A DNA stretch of 63,428 nucleotides, counting the filler, from Nemertoderma westbladi (taxonomy: Eukaryota; Animalia; Xenacoelomorpha): the NCBI GenBank assembly GCA_032718475.1. It is 4 parts of 4 records of this genome, joined end to end, with 100 filler letters (N's around TTAATTAATTAA, not from the genome) between each part and the next. Parts side by side here need not be neighbours in the genome. Positions count along the whole stretch, not along the records: positions 25,631 to 46,934 come from JAUCBJ010003567.1; 3 more parts are not named here. One strand, written 5' to 3'. Numbering within the stretch: position 1 is the stretch's first letter; each line of letters begins with the position of its first letter. Shown here one piece after another: positions 26,343-37,554 of the stretch. Below the pieces are notes generated by a model. It saw only the letters and a program-made list of their open reading frames with translations. It made no database searches and was not told where the DNA came from. The position numbers were made by a program, and so were the translations under genes.

Positions 26343-26499
26343 ATTATTTTTATTTTATTTTTATTTTATTTGTGTGGGAAGGGCGTCTCGCCCTCAATCC
26401 CACCCCCCTCAGTCCAAAACTTGGACGACTAAACTCCACTCTAACTCCAATTTAAGGTGCCCCTTCTAGAAGACAGGTAACACCTCTGCCCGCACCTTT

Positions 26500-29400
26500 T
26501 TACGGATCTAACTCTTCCATCCCAGTCCAACCTGTTGGACAACTCAGCGACCCAAGGGGTGATTCCTCCAGCAGGCAACTCTCCCACTGCCCCCCTATAG
26601 GTTCTCTAATTCTTCGCTCCGCTCTCCTTGTTAATTCGATAGGTGGTCTTTTCTCCTGTTTTTGGAAATGCTGTCTTCTATTTATGTTTCTGATCTCGTG
26701 GTCGTCCCTTGGCGGCAAAGTGCCACCCTTCAACGTGTCACCCGGCGGTATAATGCCGCCCCTGTTCTTCTCCTTAATCTTAGATGCCACCTCTGCTGGC
26801 CTCCCCCTTAATATGTGTGCTGGCATTAAAGGCTTCAACGACCCCCGTTCGTCCTTCGGTATACACGATGCATGCCCATGTAATGCCCCCTCGCACTCTG
26901 TCAGTTCCGCGTGCGTACGCAGCACGCCTCCTACTCTCCCGCCTCCTTTGTCCACCATATGTTTATTCATGGGCTTCTCTGCCCCTGGTCTGATCGTCTC
27001 ACATCTTCTCCCTTTCCATCTTGTATTCTTACTCGGCTTCCCCCTTGTCGGTATGCCTCTCAACCGGACCGGCGTCTCTTCCGGGCGCTCCTCTGGACAC
27101 TCCACCGGGCACTTCTCCGGTTTGTCCTCCCGACACTCCACCGTCCGCTCCTCCCCATCTCCATACCGATACTTGCTGGGACCCTTATTCCAACCCATCG
27201 TCTCTAGATCTTCTGCATCCATACCATTCTCCTCCGCCCACTCTCTTGGTGTTGCTTCTACTTTTAGCTGTCTACCACTATTGCCCATCTCTGGCCTCTC
27301 CTCTATCTCGTCAGTTCCTGGCACCATGCATCCTGAACTCTCGGACACATGGAATGGTATATTACTCTTAATTGGGCCTGTCAGTGTCCACCCGAATGGT
27401 GTTAATATTGCCACCGGGTCACTCTGCTTGTCTTCGCCGAAGACCGTTTGCATTCTTTCGTGGGCTGTTGGGCAGTCCATACCTACTATGATGGATACCT
27501 TCCTAACGTCCACGTCTGGGATTGAGAAGTCAATGTTGTCCAGGAATTTGTACTGCTCAACCTCGATGTTGGTTGGCCGCCTGGCATTGATGTTAATTGA
27601 CTCTATTACTTGGATGGGGTCGATGGTTGCCCCATAATCGCATCCTGGTGCCACTGCTGCAATTGCGCACCGTCCTGTCCTCATCTCTAGGATCTCATCT
27701 TTGCTAGAGATGGTTGTTACCGCCATCTTGCTTGGCCTTGTTCTCAATCCTATTTCTTCGGCTACCCATTCCTCTACTAATGTGAAGGCAGCTCCACTAT
27801 CAACCAGCATTAGTGTTGTTACTGATCGATTGCCTTCCCCGATCACTCGCACCAGTACTACTCCAAGTAACACCGTGCCTCTCTTCTTCGCCCCTACCGT
27901 GCTCGTTGCCATCGTTTGGCCTCTCCTTTGGCCAAACTTGACCGGCTTCTCTTGGCATTCCCTGGCCTTGTGTCCACTCTTTACACATCGCGAGCAGATT
28001 TTATTGCTCGACGCGTAATCTATCTGGTCTTGCCTCGGTAGCGCCTGCCAGTACCTGCAGTTCATGGTTTTATGAAGCGCATTTGCGTGTAACTGGCATT
28101 TGCTCTTTGGGTCGTAGCCCTCTTTATACAATGCATTGCGTATCGCAGTTATATTCGTACCAAAGTCCCTACTATTCTTATTGACTGGATTTGGCCTACT
28201 GGACGTACTGGGGTTATGTTTATTCATGTTGTTATTGTTCCCCTGTCCGTTCCATGATGTTGTCTTATCTTCGTTTGCCTGTGGACTTGCAGTCCCCTGC
28301 GTCGCTGCGTATGGCAATGATTGCCTGAGCCTCGGCAATGCGTTTGATGTATTGTGCTCTGGTTTCGCTCTGTAGTGATCCGTCTTTGGTCCCTTTCCCA
28401 GGCTATCTTCACTATAGACTGGGTCCGTTATTAGTTCAGCCTCGTAATTTAAGAAATTTGACATTTCTTCTAAACCTGGTTCCGCATCCTTCTTATCTCG
28501 AGTGGAGAAGGTGATTTTCCTCCACTTGTTGCGCAGCCAGTTCGGTAGTGCCTGCGCTATCGTGGTGATGTTGTTGGACGCATTGAGCTCGTACGGCGCG
28601 TCTAGCGTCTTCAGTACGATTAGCGCCTTTTCGACTTTGTTAGCAAACGTCTTAATGCTAACGGGGTTGTCCTGTAGGCCACCCGATGTTATGCCTTTCA
28701 GCGTCTGCCTGATGATCTTGGCTGGGTGCCCGTATTCCCTATCCAGTGCCCGCCATGCTGTCGTGAAGCCGCCCTCTATTCCTTGGTATTGCCTCACGAT
28801 ATCGTATGCTGGGCCTCCCGTGTACACTTGTAGATACTTTAGGCACTCCGCCTGCGTCAAGTTTTTTGTTAGTATTTCGTTACTATACATTCGCCGAAAT
28901 TGTAAATATTCTTCCGGCCTACTCCCGTCGAACTTGAATGGTTCCACGGGTGGTAACTCGATCCTCGTTTTCAAAGCATCGATCAACGTGGCCATCCCTA
29001 TCGCCTGCGCTTCCAATGGATTCGACGGGTGCTGTATAGTTTCCCCTGTCTGGTGCGTCCCGTCTGTCCTATCTCTTGGCTTTCTCTGGCTTGGGTATGT
29101 CATTGGGGGTAGCGGCCCCCTCCATATATCTGTGTCACACGATCTGTTTTCGTCCAAGGGTCTCATTGTTCTTGCTACCATCGGGGTATATTGTTGATAT
29201 TGCGATGGGGGAATGTCACCCTGTCCCCCCCCCACCGGTATGTTTGGTAATGGGGTTGATGTTAATATGTTGGGGCCCATGCACTTATCCGCAATAATTC
29301 CCCCCTCCCCTGGGTATATGTTATGTCCCTGCATGCTGTAGTCATACTGCTGTGCTGGTACCGGTATAGGCCTACTAGCTTCTGGCCTACTCGCCGGTAC

Positions 29401-30243
29401 GTATTCCGCGACTTCCGGGTTTAATTCCGTCGTCCGCGCTATCCTATCGCCTATATAGCCTCTCTCAGTATGGCCTATGGTATGTGCAGTAAGGCCTACA
29501 GTATGTCCTACAGTCTGCATGTGTCTCTCGGGATCGAAGTTTATTCTTCTCGAATAATCCTCCCCGCGGCTACCGTACTCTCGATCGATAGGTGTATTCC
29601 GTCGGAAAGTTTCTCTTCGACCCCCCTCTCTTCTGTCCTCATCTTCGTACCGGTACATCGTGTACCCCTCTCTCGGCGTGTAATGCATCTCACCGGATCG
29701 CATCTCTCCGGGGCGACGGCAATCTCCCGGAGTCCGACCCCACTGACTCTCTGTTCTCATCTCGACTACCGACGGCTCGCTGTCCGTCCTCGCTCTTCTA
29801 TCGTTTGCGGCGGTACTTCTACTACTGTCTTCCTTTCTTCTCCTATCAGTGGAATATTCCCGCTCGCGAGATCTCTCGTCGACCTCCCGGTTAAACCCCA
29901 CTGTTCTTCTTCCCTCCTCTGATCGGGCTCGACGCTTCGTCCGCCCTCTCGCGACGTCAACCTGTCTCTCTCTGCTCGGTCGCACGCCGCTGGGGATACT
30001 CGCGATCCCCCTGTTACTTTCCGTCGCCGGTCGTTGCGGTTTACCTATTTCGGCCCTCGCATTATCCGCTGACGGCTGTGGGACACTCTCTGCCCCCCCC
30101 CTTTTCGCCGCTAATTCGCTGTTGTGGGGCTCTCGTAGCCCCCCCCCCCCCCCCCCACTCGCTACGTCTAACTTCGCTACCTCTCTCCCCGCTATTATAT
30201 ATCTCTCTAGTCGACACATCAACCCTACTGCGGTCGGGTCCAT
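26500..30243 (-). CDS. Gag + Zn knuckles + aspartic protease + pol remnants (1247-aa frame; true reading probably enters at the poly-G near 30150)
   Basis: Long uninterrupted ORF carrying the BEL/Pao motifs listed above. Confidence 0.8.
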   Translation of the reverse strand: MDPTAVGLMCRLERYIIAGREVAKLDVASGGGGGGLREPHNSELAAKRGGAESVPQPSADNARAEIGKPQRPATESNRGIASIPSGVRPSRERQVDVARGRTKRRARSEEGRRTVGFNREVDERSREREYSTDRRRKEDSSRSTAANDRRARTDSEPSVVEMRTESQWGRTPGDCRRPGEMRSGEMHYTPREGYTMYRYEDEDRREGGRRETFRRNTPIDREYGSRGEDYSRRINFDPERHMQTVGHTVGLTAHTIGHTERGYIGDRIARTTELNPEVAEYVPASRPEASRPIPVPAQQYDYSMQGHNIYPGEGGIIADKCMGPNILTSTPLPNIPVGGGQGDIPPSQYQQYTPMVARTMRPLDENRSCDTDIWRGPLPPMTYPSQRKPRDRTDGTHQTGETIQHPSNPLEAQAIGMATLIDALKTRIELPPVEPFKFDGSRPEEYLQFRRMYSNEILTKNLTQAECLKYLQVYTGGPAYDIVRQYQGIEGGFTTAWRALDREYGHPAKIIRQTLKGITSGGLQDNPVSIKTFANKVEKALIVLKTLDAPYELNASNNITTIAQALPNWLRNKWRKITFSTRDKKDAEPGLEEMSNFLNYEAELITDPVYSEDSLGKGPKTDHYRAKPEHNTSNALPRLRQSLPYAATQGTASPQANEDKTTSWNGQGNNNNMNKHNPSTSSRPNPVNKNSRDFGTNITAIRNALYKEGYDPKSKCQLHANALHKTMNCRYWQALPRQDQIDYASSNKICSRCVKSGHKARECQEKPVKFGQRRGQTMATSTVGAKKRGTVLLGVVLVRVIGEGNRSVTTLMLVDSGAAFTLVEEWVAEEIGLRTRPSKMAVTTISSKDEILEMRTGRCAIAAVAPGCDYGATIDPIQVIESININARRPTNIEVEQYKFLDNIDFSIPDVDVRKVSIIVGMDCPTAHERMQTVFGEDKQSDPVAILTPFGWTLTGPIKSNIPFHVSESSGCMVPGTDEIEERPEMGNSGRQLKVEATPREWAEENGMDAEDLETMGWNKGPSKYRYGDGEERTVECREDKPEKCPVECPEERPEETPVRLRGIPTRGKPSKNTRWKGRRCETIRPGAEKPMNKHMVDKGGGRVGGVLRTHAELTECEGALHGHASCIPKDERGSLKPLMPAHILRGRPAEVASKIKEKNRGGIIPPGDTLKGGTLPPRDDHEIRNINRRQHFQKQEKRPPIELTRRAERRIREPIGGQWESCLLEESPLGSLSCPTGWTGMEELDP

Positions 30244-30776
30244 TCACCCCCGCCTCTCCCTCTGCTATTGCGTGGCCTACCAGGCCCTCTACTCCCTCCC
30301 TACCAACTACGTGGCCTACCAGGCCCTCTGCTCCCTGTCTACTAACTACGTGGCCTACCAGGCCCTCTGCTCCCTGGTTATGTAGGCCCGACGTGTTTAC
30401 ATTAATAACACCCATATTGGAAACGTAATTATTTTGTTCGTTGGGAACAAAGTTATTTATATTATTCTGCACGTTATCTGAATTATTTTGTAAATTCGGG
30501 CATAGGTCATTATTTAAATTATTCGAATTATTTTGCGTAATTGCGTTATTTAAATTATTTTGTAGATTCGAATTCGGGTTATTATTTTGATTATTTGAAT
30601 TATTTTGCGTAGCTACATTAATATCAGAATTATTTCCTACATTAATACTAGGGGCGTTCTGATTTAAATTTAAATTACTACCACTATGTAAAGCATTCCC
30701 TGTAATAAAGGTTTGATTAGTGTTGTCCCATACGGTATTATCAATATTAACAACGTCTACTGTACCATTATTATTA

Positions 30777-32435
30777 TTACCCCCCCCCGCCCGTACGGTC
30801 GCACCAGTTTTGGGTCTGTCGTACGGTGCCTGTCAGTGGGGCATTAATAAATGTATCTATGACCCCCGGGTCCTCAAAAATACTCGAGCGGGCCCCGCTT
30901 TCAGACGGCGTTGCTTGCACGACTTGCAACTCGTGCGCCCGTCTAATCTCACTTCCCGCAAACTCGCTCTGCAGTCTCTCTATTTTCTTGTTCTCTCTTT
31001 CAGCCTCTATCATTCTCTTCTCACACTCCTGGGTGTCCCGACTGGCCGACTCTACTATGCTCCTAGCGCTCTCCCTTCGTCTCGCCTCGCGCTCCTTGCG
31101 TTCCCTTTCCTTTCTCGCTTCATACTCCTTGCGTTCCTTTTCCCTTCTCGCTTCATACTCCTTGCGTTCCGTCTCACGCTCCTTGCGTTCCCTTTCCTCC
31201 CTTGCCTCACGTTCCTCGCGTTTCCTTTCCTCTCTCGCCTCACGCTCCTTGCGTTCCGCCTCACGCTCCTTGCGTTCCCTTTCCTCTCTCGCCTCACGCT
31301 CCTCGCGTTCCCTTTCCTCTCTCGCCTCACGCTCCCTACACTCCCTTTCCTCTATCTCATCACACTCCCTTAGGCTTTTCAAAGCCCTTTCGGCCTTCTC
31401 TCCGGTTTCTCTAATCAATGCCGCTTCCCTCGCTAACCGCTCTCTCCCCTCCTCTAGCCGTTTCCCCATTTCCCTGTGACCTTGCTCTGCCATGCTGAGA
31501 CGGTATGCGGCACCTATTTTTCTCACCGCTCTTTCTTTCGCGGAAGATGTAACAGACTTATCGGTTACGACGGAGTTCCCCCGCCTTCCTGACCTACTAA
31601 CTTTCCCCCACTTCCCGGAGCTTTCTCCGACCGACGAGGCCGAATCCTCGGTGTTAACCTCGGATTCGCCCCCTTCGAGTCCCCTCCAACCCACTGGTTT
31701 TACTCCCCGGGCATCGATCAAGTATGGCCCTATGTACACTGACGCTATGCTAGGTTCCATACTCCCACATTCCCATAGTTTAAACAGTTCCTCGGCAATT
31801 TCACGTGCTCTCGTTTCGGCTAGTTCTCTTTGCCCAAAACGTATAAGATAATTAAAGTGTCTATCCGACTCACCTAGTCGCTTTCTCAGTCTCACCTCGT
31901 CTACCGTTTCCCCTTTTCTGGCCTTCTCTAGTAGTCTCCGGGTCGCGATGTAAGCCCGTCGAAGTCGCTCTGAAACCCCGACGTCCTCGTCGCCGACCTC
32001 TCCTCCGTCCCTCCGGGTTCGACGTCGTACCGGCGGCTCCACCGTCGCCGTTCCGGTGGGCCGTCCGTCGCCCTCGGCCTGTAGCTGGCCGGCGACATCG
32101 GTACCGATCTCTCCGCTGTCTCTTTGCGTCCGGCGTCGCACCGTCGGCCCCACCGTCGCCGTTTCGGTGGGTCGCCCGTCGCCCTCGGCCGGTAGCTGGC
32201 CGGCGACATCGGCGCGCCGTTCTCCGTTCCGTGTCGACTCATCTCCATCTCCCTCCGTCTCGCTCTCTTTCTCTCTTAGCTCGACTTCGGGTTCCAGGCC
32301 CCCCTCATCCTCAACTTCCGGTTCGCCCGTTATCGATGGCTCCGGTGTCGTGGGCCTGTATCGCTTGGTCGCGGCCTCGCGGATCGTTTGATCTTCGTCC
32401 GGGGTCCGCGTCGGTGTCTCGCCCGATTCACTCAT
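30777..32435 (-). CDS. N-terminal part of the polyprotein: acidic/disordered region, internal ~120-bp duplication, Glu/Arg coiled coil
   Basis: 552-aa ATG-initiated ORF that ends exactly at a poly-G run; DVAGQL.AEGDGRPT.TATV.P.VRRRT is duplicated; (REAREERERKE)n. Confidence 0.7.
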   Translation of the reverse strand: MSESGETPTRTPDEDQTIREAATKRYRPTTPEPSITGEPEVEDEGGLEPEVELREKESETEGDGDESTRNGERRADVAGQLPAEGDGRPTETATVGPTVRRRTQRDSGEIGTDVAGQLQAEGDGRPTGTATVEPPVRRRTRRDGGEVGDEDVGVSERLRRAYIATRRLLEKARKGETVDEVRLRKRLGESDRHFNYLIRFGQRELAETRAREIAEELFKLWECGSMEPSIASVYIGPYLIDARGVKPVGWRGLEGGESEVNTEDSASSVGESSGKWGKVSRSGRRGNSVVTDKSVTSSAKERAVRKIGAAYRLSMAEQGHREMGKRLEEGRERLAREAALIRETGEKAERALKSLRECDEIEERECREREAREEREREEREAREERERKEREAERKEREAREERKREEREAREERERKERETERKEYEARREKERKEYEARKERERKEREARRRESARSIVESASRDTQECEKRMIEAERENKKIERLQSEFAGSEIRRAHELQVVQATPSESGARSSIFEDPGVIDTFINAPLTGTVRQTQNWCDRTGGGG

Positions 32436-32519
32436 CTCGTCTGGTGGCTGATGATTCGGCTAGCTAGGTTGCAGTTCTTGATGTTCAACTAGGGCGGCAG
32501 CTCGGATTTAGTTACTGTG

Positions 32520-33057
32520 ACGGGATCCAGGAGGGATCCCGATTTATCCGATGTGGTAATTTAGTCCACGCGTCCCCGCCGTGTATAAGGGTGAAATAAA
32601 GTAACTGAGTTCTGAAGTTCGGTGTATAATAATAATAGGGCATAGGATATAGATATAGATATAATGTGTACAAGGCGGGATACGGTAACTAAAGTCCCGT
32701 GATCCCCTAACTAAACTAATTGACTGTACCCTACGCTAGCACTGCTGCACTGAGATAACTGAATCACTGATTAATAGGTTATTGGTTATATTGCACGGTG
32801 GCCTTACTGCTACTCAATCGATGCCATTCCCCCCCCTCTGATTGGTTAATGCCCTTGTTGGCGCCCCGTGGAGTATTCCCGTTCACTCCACCTGTTCTCT
32901 CTGGGTTAGGGGTTTGGCCCCTGACCCTCTATTGTGTGCTTCCTTCCCACTCTTATTGGGATGGCACGAGTTGGTTAATTGCCCAATCTCGTGGCTCCCA
33001 ATGTTGCTTATCGGCTTATAACTTTATGGGGTGTTGGCGGGATTGAATAAGCTAACA
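32520..33057 (-). mobile_element. Candidate 5' LTR/leader of the BEL-derived element
   Basis: Composition shifts to AT-rich host DNA after 33057, where the minus strand begins TGTTAG. No partner LTR is visible (the contig ends) and no clear PBS was found. Confidence 0.3.
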
Positions 33058-33982
33058 GCAATACAAATCAAACTTCCACTGAAAACTGTACTAAAGTCTG
33101 TTTTCGAGCGAGTTCGAACAGGGAATACCATAATATTCAAGAATATTTAAAGGATTAGTCCGCCATCGTTTCAAATAATTCATCATGTTATAGACTGTAA
33201 TTTTTAGTGTACAGTAGATTCGACTTATTCGTGATTTTATTATTATTATTCGTGATTGTCATTTAAATGGCTTTTTGTTTTAACATGCATTCGTAAATTC
33301 ATGTATTTTACTAATTTTATTAGAAAGATTTTTTATTAGAACATTCATTTAATTAACTATTAAATTTTCTCGCCACATATGTATTTTTATATGTGCCATT
33401 TGTTTTAACAAAAGGTATTGTCTTTTCTTTATAAATATGGCTGCTATACTTACTTACATACCGGTACTACTATAATTACTTTCAGTTAGGACTTTCCTTT
33501 GGTGTGTATGCGGGTTCCGTAATAAACGGATACGGACGGATGCCATGGAATTCGAGCATTGGAATTGAGTAAGTACCACTAACTGGCAAGAGTGGAAACC
33601 CGGACACAATGTACAATGAGGAACCTGGTCTATATAAGTCTACTGACTCCTGGTGAGCCTCGTGTGGAAAATACATTGTGTAGTTCAGTACGGAACTGAA
33701 AGATGGCTTTTAGTGCCAGCTCTGCCATCCGGGCATGACGACGACAGACGACCTATGATAGAGTTAATGTAGGTGACCCTTCCTGCTGCCATGGTTACTG
33801 GGTTACAATACATAAATTGTTTTATACTGTATAATACTGCAATAGGCCTACAACTAACAATACGGCAGTGGGTAGTATGCTAAATACTGAAATACCTACA
33901 GCAGTACAGAAGAAAGTAAAGTAAGAGGTAGCGACGAGGTAGGCCTACTACTGTACAGTACAGCAGTACTAAAGTAGTAATA

Positions 33983-35149
33983 ATGGCGGCTACTGGTATT
34001 ATGTTTCACCCATTTCCTTTAAAATTAATCTCAGTCTACCGTTGCGGATTACGACCCATACAAACAGCGACACGAAGAAAACCCACCGACAAAATAACCG
34101 CAACATCTCTAGAAGTCGGTTCCCACAGGATAGACAATCTTCTGCTGAAACCAACAGCGAATAAACTACACGAATTTGTTGTGAAACTGCCTGGAGGAAC
34201 CCCTATTATATCGAGCGCCACCGGGATACCGGTACCGACGGGGGAGGAAATAAAACATCGTTACTTAGTAAAAACGAGAACCGCATATCGTACAAGGATA
34301 AAACCGTATCTTAGTTTAGCGAAATATCGGCTCACTGGATTAGTAGTTATAACGACAATAGGAGGTTATATATTGTGTCCATCTACTGCATTATCTACTT
34401 TCTGCCTATCTACCTTCCTACTCACTACAGTAGGCACCTGGTTCATGAGTTGTTCAGCTAATTCGTTGAACCAACTTCTCGAAGTCCCTTTCGACTCTCA
34501 GATGAATCGGACTCGCGGCCGCCCATTAGTGACCGGTCGTCTGTCCCCGCTGCAGGCCCTCATGTTCGCTTCCTCTACCGGTCTCGCTGGTCTCTCCACC
34601 CTCTATCTCTCGGTAAACCCCGTCGCCGCCGGGTTAGGTTTGCTAACGCTACTCCTCTACGCCGGGGTCTACACCCCGATGAAGCGTTACTCCATCGGTA
34701 ACACGTGGTGCGGCGCGGTTGTCGGTGCTTTACCGCCGGTTCTCGGTTGGACTGCGGCTTCCGGAGGGGCCTTCCATCTCGGTGCCCTTTCTCTAGGACT
34801 GCTCTTGTACTCCTGGCAGTTCCCCCACTTTAACTCATTGAGTTGGAACCTCAGAGGCGATTATTCTCGCGCCGGGTACCACATGACGGCTCTCTGTAAC
34901 CCTAAATTGTGTCGCGTTGTCGCATTGCGACACTCCCTTGCGATGCTGCCAATCTCCCTTAGTTTCCCCTACTTCTCGGTTACCACTTGGTACTTTCCTT
35001 TTGCCGCTCTGCTTATAAATCTGCCGTTAATTTATTTGTCAGTCAACTTTTATCGAGACCCATCTCGGAAAACGTCCAGGACGCTATTCTTCTCAACTCT
35101 GTTTCATTTACCCTTAATATTTATTTTACTTTTGGTCTGTAAAGTTTGA
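33983..35149 (+). CDS. COX10: Protoheme IX farnesyltransferase (heme O synthase), mitochondrial, intronless
   Basis: YLSLAKYRLTGLVV, ANSLNQLLEVPFDSQMNRTRGRPL, YTPMKR..NTWCGAVVGALPP, YSWQFPHFNSLSWNLRGDYSRAGY; basic N-terminal presequence. Confidence 0.95.
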   Translation: MAATGIMFHPFPLKLISVYRCGLRPIQTATRRKPTDKITATSLEVGSHRIDNLLLKPTANKLHEFVVKLPGGTPIISSATGIPVPTGEEIKHRYLVKTRTAYRTRIKPYLSLAKYRLTGLVVITTIGGYILCPSTALSTFCLSTFLLTTVGTWFMSCSANSLNQLLEVPFDSQMNRTRGRPLVTGRLSPLQALMFASSTGLAGLSTLYLSVNPVAAGLGLLTLLLYAGVYTPMKRYSIGNTWCGAVVGALPPVLGWTAASGGAFHLGALSLGLLLYSWQFPHFNSLSWNLRGDYSRAGYHMTALCNPKLCRVVALRHSLAMLPISLSFPYFSVTTWYFPFAALLINLPLIYLSVNFYRDPSRKTSRTLFFSTLFHLPLIFILLLVCKV

Positions 35150-37554
35150 TATTAATAGAATTTGTAGAATACTAATTGTAGGTTATTTTCTGTAGTTAGT
35201 GCAATTCTATTTAATTGAAACATTGTTAGTTCAGGTAGATGATGCCAATATTGAATGTACAAAGCCACGGATTCTTAAGTAAACTTTCTTATTTATCCGA
35301 TCAGGTTTTTTGAGAATTTTTTGGCGTTGTCGGCGCCATCGACCACAATTTATATGGCGTCTGGCGCCTTTGAAACTTGCGAAATCGGCGAACTGTTCAA
35401 AATAAATACATAAACAACAAGGCCTGTCAAAAATTAGTTGGACGGGTAATTATTTATTGAGGTTATTCATTGGAGCAGATGCATTTAAATTTCTAATTAA
35501 TTTAGGTATATTTAAATTAATTTGATAATTAATTGAATTGAAGGTTTGGTTATCGATCAGTAAGTCGATTCATTCATACAGTAGTAAATGTGGTTGGATC
35601 TTTAGGGTGATCCAAACCACCTCCCTTTACTACTGTATGATGTTTAGTTTAACCCGGATACCTGGGCGCGGAACTATCTTTGGTAATACTGAATATCTAT
35701 TTATTATATGCAAATGTTTTATCTCTAACCTTTTTAATAATAATTGGCAACTAATTGAATAATTGTTTAGTGAATGAATTACAATATTAATTGATTGGTA
35801 ACCACAACTTAATTCCATTTAATTGATTGATAATATTTCCGAAGTTGATAGAGGCCATGCAATTAAATTGCAATTAATTGTTGAGAGGCCTTGCTGTACC
35901 GGTAGGGTTATCAGAGAATATACAGGGCAATCTCTTGGGGAATCTCTTTGGCTGACGTCTCCGAGGTTCCAGCGGCCACGTGCTGTGGCGCTGCGCCATA
36001 TTTATTGGCGCTAAAAACAACCCGAACACGATGGTTAACCTCGAACATGATGTTGTTTCGGTTCGATTCTGGTTTTATCATAACCACAAAATGACAGCGT
36101 CATCTTATTCATGGTCAACATCATACCTGAACCTGGGCCTATGGAAATTAAATTTGGGTGACCCGATATTCGTAATTATTATTAATTAATATGAACAGCA
36201 ATTAATTAAAACTAACCGCAATCCTGTCGGATATTTTGTGTTATTATTTTATAAATTTCTTATAAATAAATTAAAATAATAAATTAATTAATGATAAATA
36301 TAATAATATTTAATAAAAAAAAAATAAGTAAAAGTAATGAATACGTGAAATAAAAATCTATGAGCGTGAAATATAAAAATTACGGTAATATACTGTAACT
36401 GGCAGTTTATTCACCATCAAGTGGGGCGAGCCATAGTATGAGCCACCCACAGACGCATAGTAGTAATATTATTTTTATTTTAATTAAATTTAGTAGTAAT
36501 TCGCGCAGTCGTAATTTTTAATATGGATTACGAAATCGATGAGGTACAGTAATATTAGCCTTATAATGCCTAGGGCGTTATCGGTAAACTTTATCAAGAT
36601 TTGCGGGCAGATCAAGAAAGTTTTTAATCATACGAGAATATCAATTCCAATTACTCTCATCTATTTAACCGCATGTATACTAGTGATATAGCAAGTGGAT
36701 GGAGTCTATGCCGGGCTATATGCGAGACTACTTCTAAATTCTAACTGTACCGTAAAGTATAAAACATAAAGAGTACGATAACATAAGTGTTATATTGGTA
36801 CACTGTAGCTGCTATAATTTTATAAATATTACTTCTGATTGGCTGTCAATGCTGGTAATGCCAGCTTTTAACTTTCAAGTAATATTCAATTCAAGTTACA
36901 TCCATCCGTTTAGTGGAGAAGTTGTGTAGAAAAGCTCCGTGTATCGTAACAGCAAAAGTTGTATTAAAAATGGTTAAATTATTAGACAAATTCCCGTTGC
37001 TATGGAAACTAAATTGGTAACTACCTAGAAGTGAATACTTCAGTCTGTCGATAGTTAATAGAGTAAAGTTTGTCTGTGCCAAATTAGGAGAAAATCCCAC
37101 CAAAAGACCCCTTGTTGGTTGTTGCTACTATAAAATCCATGTTGCTTAGGAAAGAAACAGGAAATTGAAAGTACATATACAATATATTTTTATAGAAATT
37201 TTTTGGGGGTATTGTAAAATAAAAACAATTGGTTTGGATGAATTGCGAATTTGTTATGGGTTGACCCCCTTTTTGGCTAGATTGACTATCCTAGTTGTAG
37301 CGCGTTTACACCCCTTTTCATCGTATTAATAGCCAGCAAACATGTTCTGGAACGCACCCCTCTATCATCTACCTACGTTAATATTGGTTTTGTATAGAAA
37401 AACCTTTTTCCAGATAATAATTCGTTCGTTGGGCATATACTTTTTGGAAATAATCAGCTCGACCCCCCCCCCCCGATGAGTAATTTATTTAGATCCAATC
37501 TGTGATCCGATTAATTGTGCTATAATATTTATTTAAAACTAAAAGATTAAGAAT

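Larger units (their letters stand above)
26500..32435 (-). mobile_element. BEL/Pao LTR-retrotransposon-derived gag-protease polyprotein lacking RT/RNase H/integrase core; three ORF pieces joined at two poly-G runs
   Basis: IELPPVEPFKFDGSRPEEYLQF..LQVYTGGPAYDIV..AWRALDREYG (Pao gag, DUF1759-like), CQLH..H..C and CSRCVKSGHKAREC knuckles, LVDSGAAFTL aspartic protease, PVAILTPFGWTLTGP. Upstream 552-aa ORF with an E/R coiled coil. Confidence 0.8.

Noticed and set aside
26684-32467. Numerous plus-strand ORFs of 70-317 aa
   Set aside because: Antisense shadows of the GC-rich, low-complexity retroelement polyprotein.
35300-36020. Possible decayed inverted-repeat element downstream of COX10
   Set aside because: Only short ggcgc-rich matches; boundaries and TSD could not be established.
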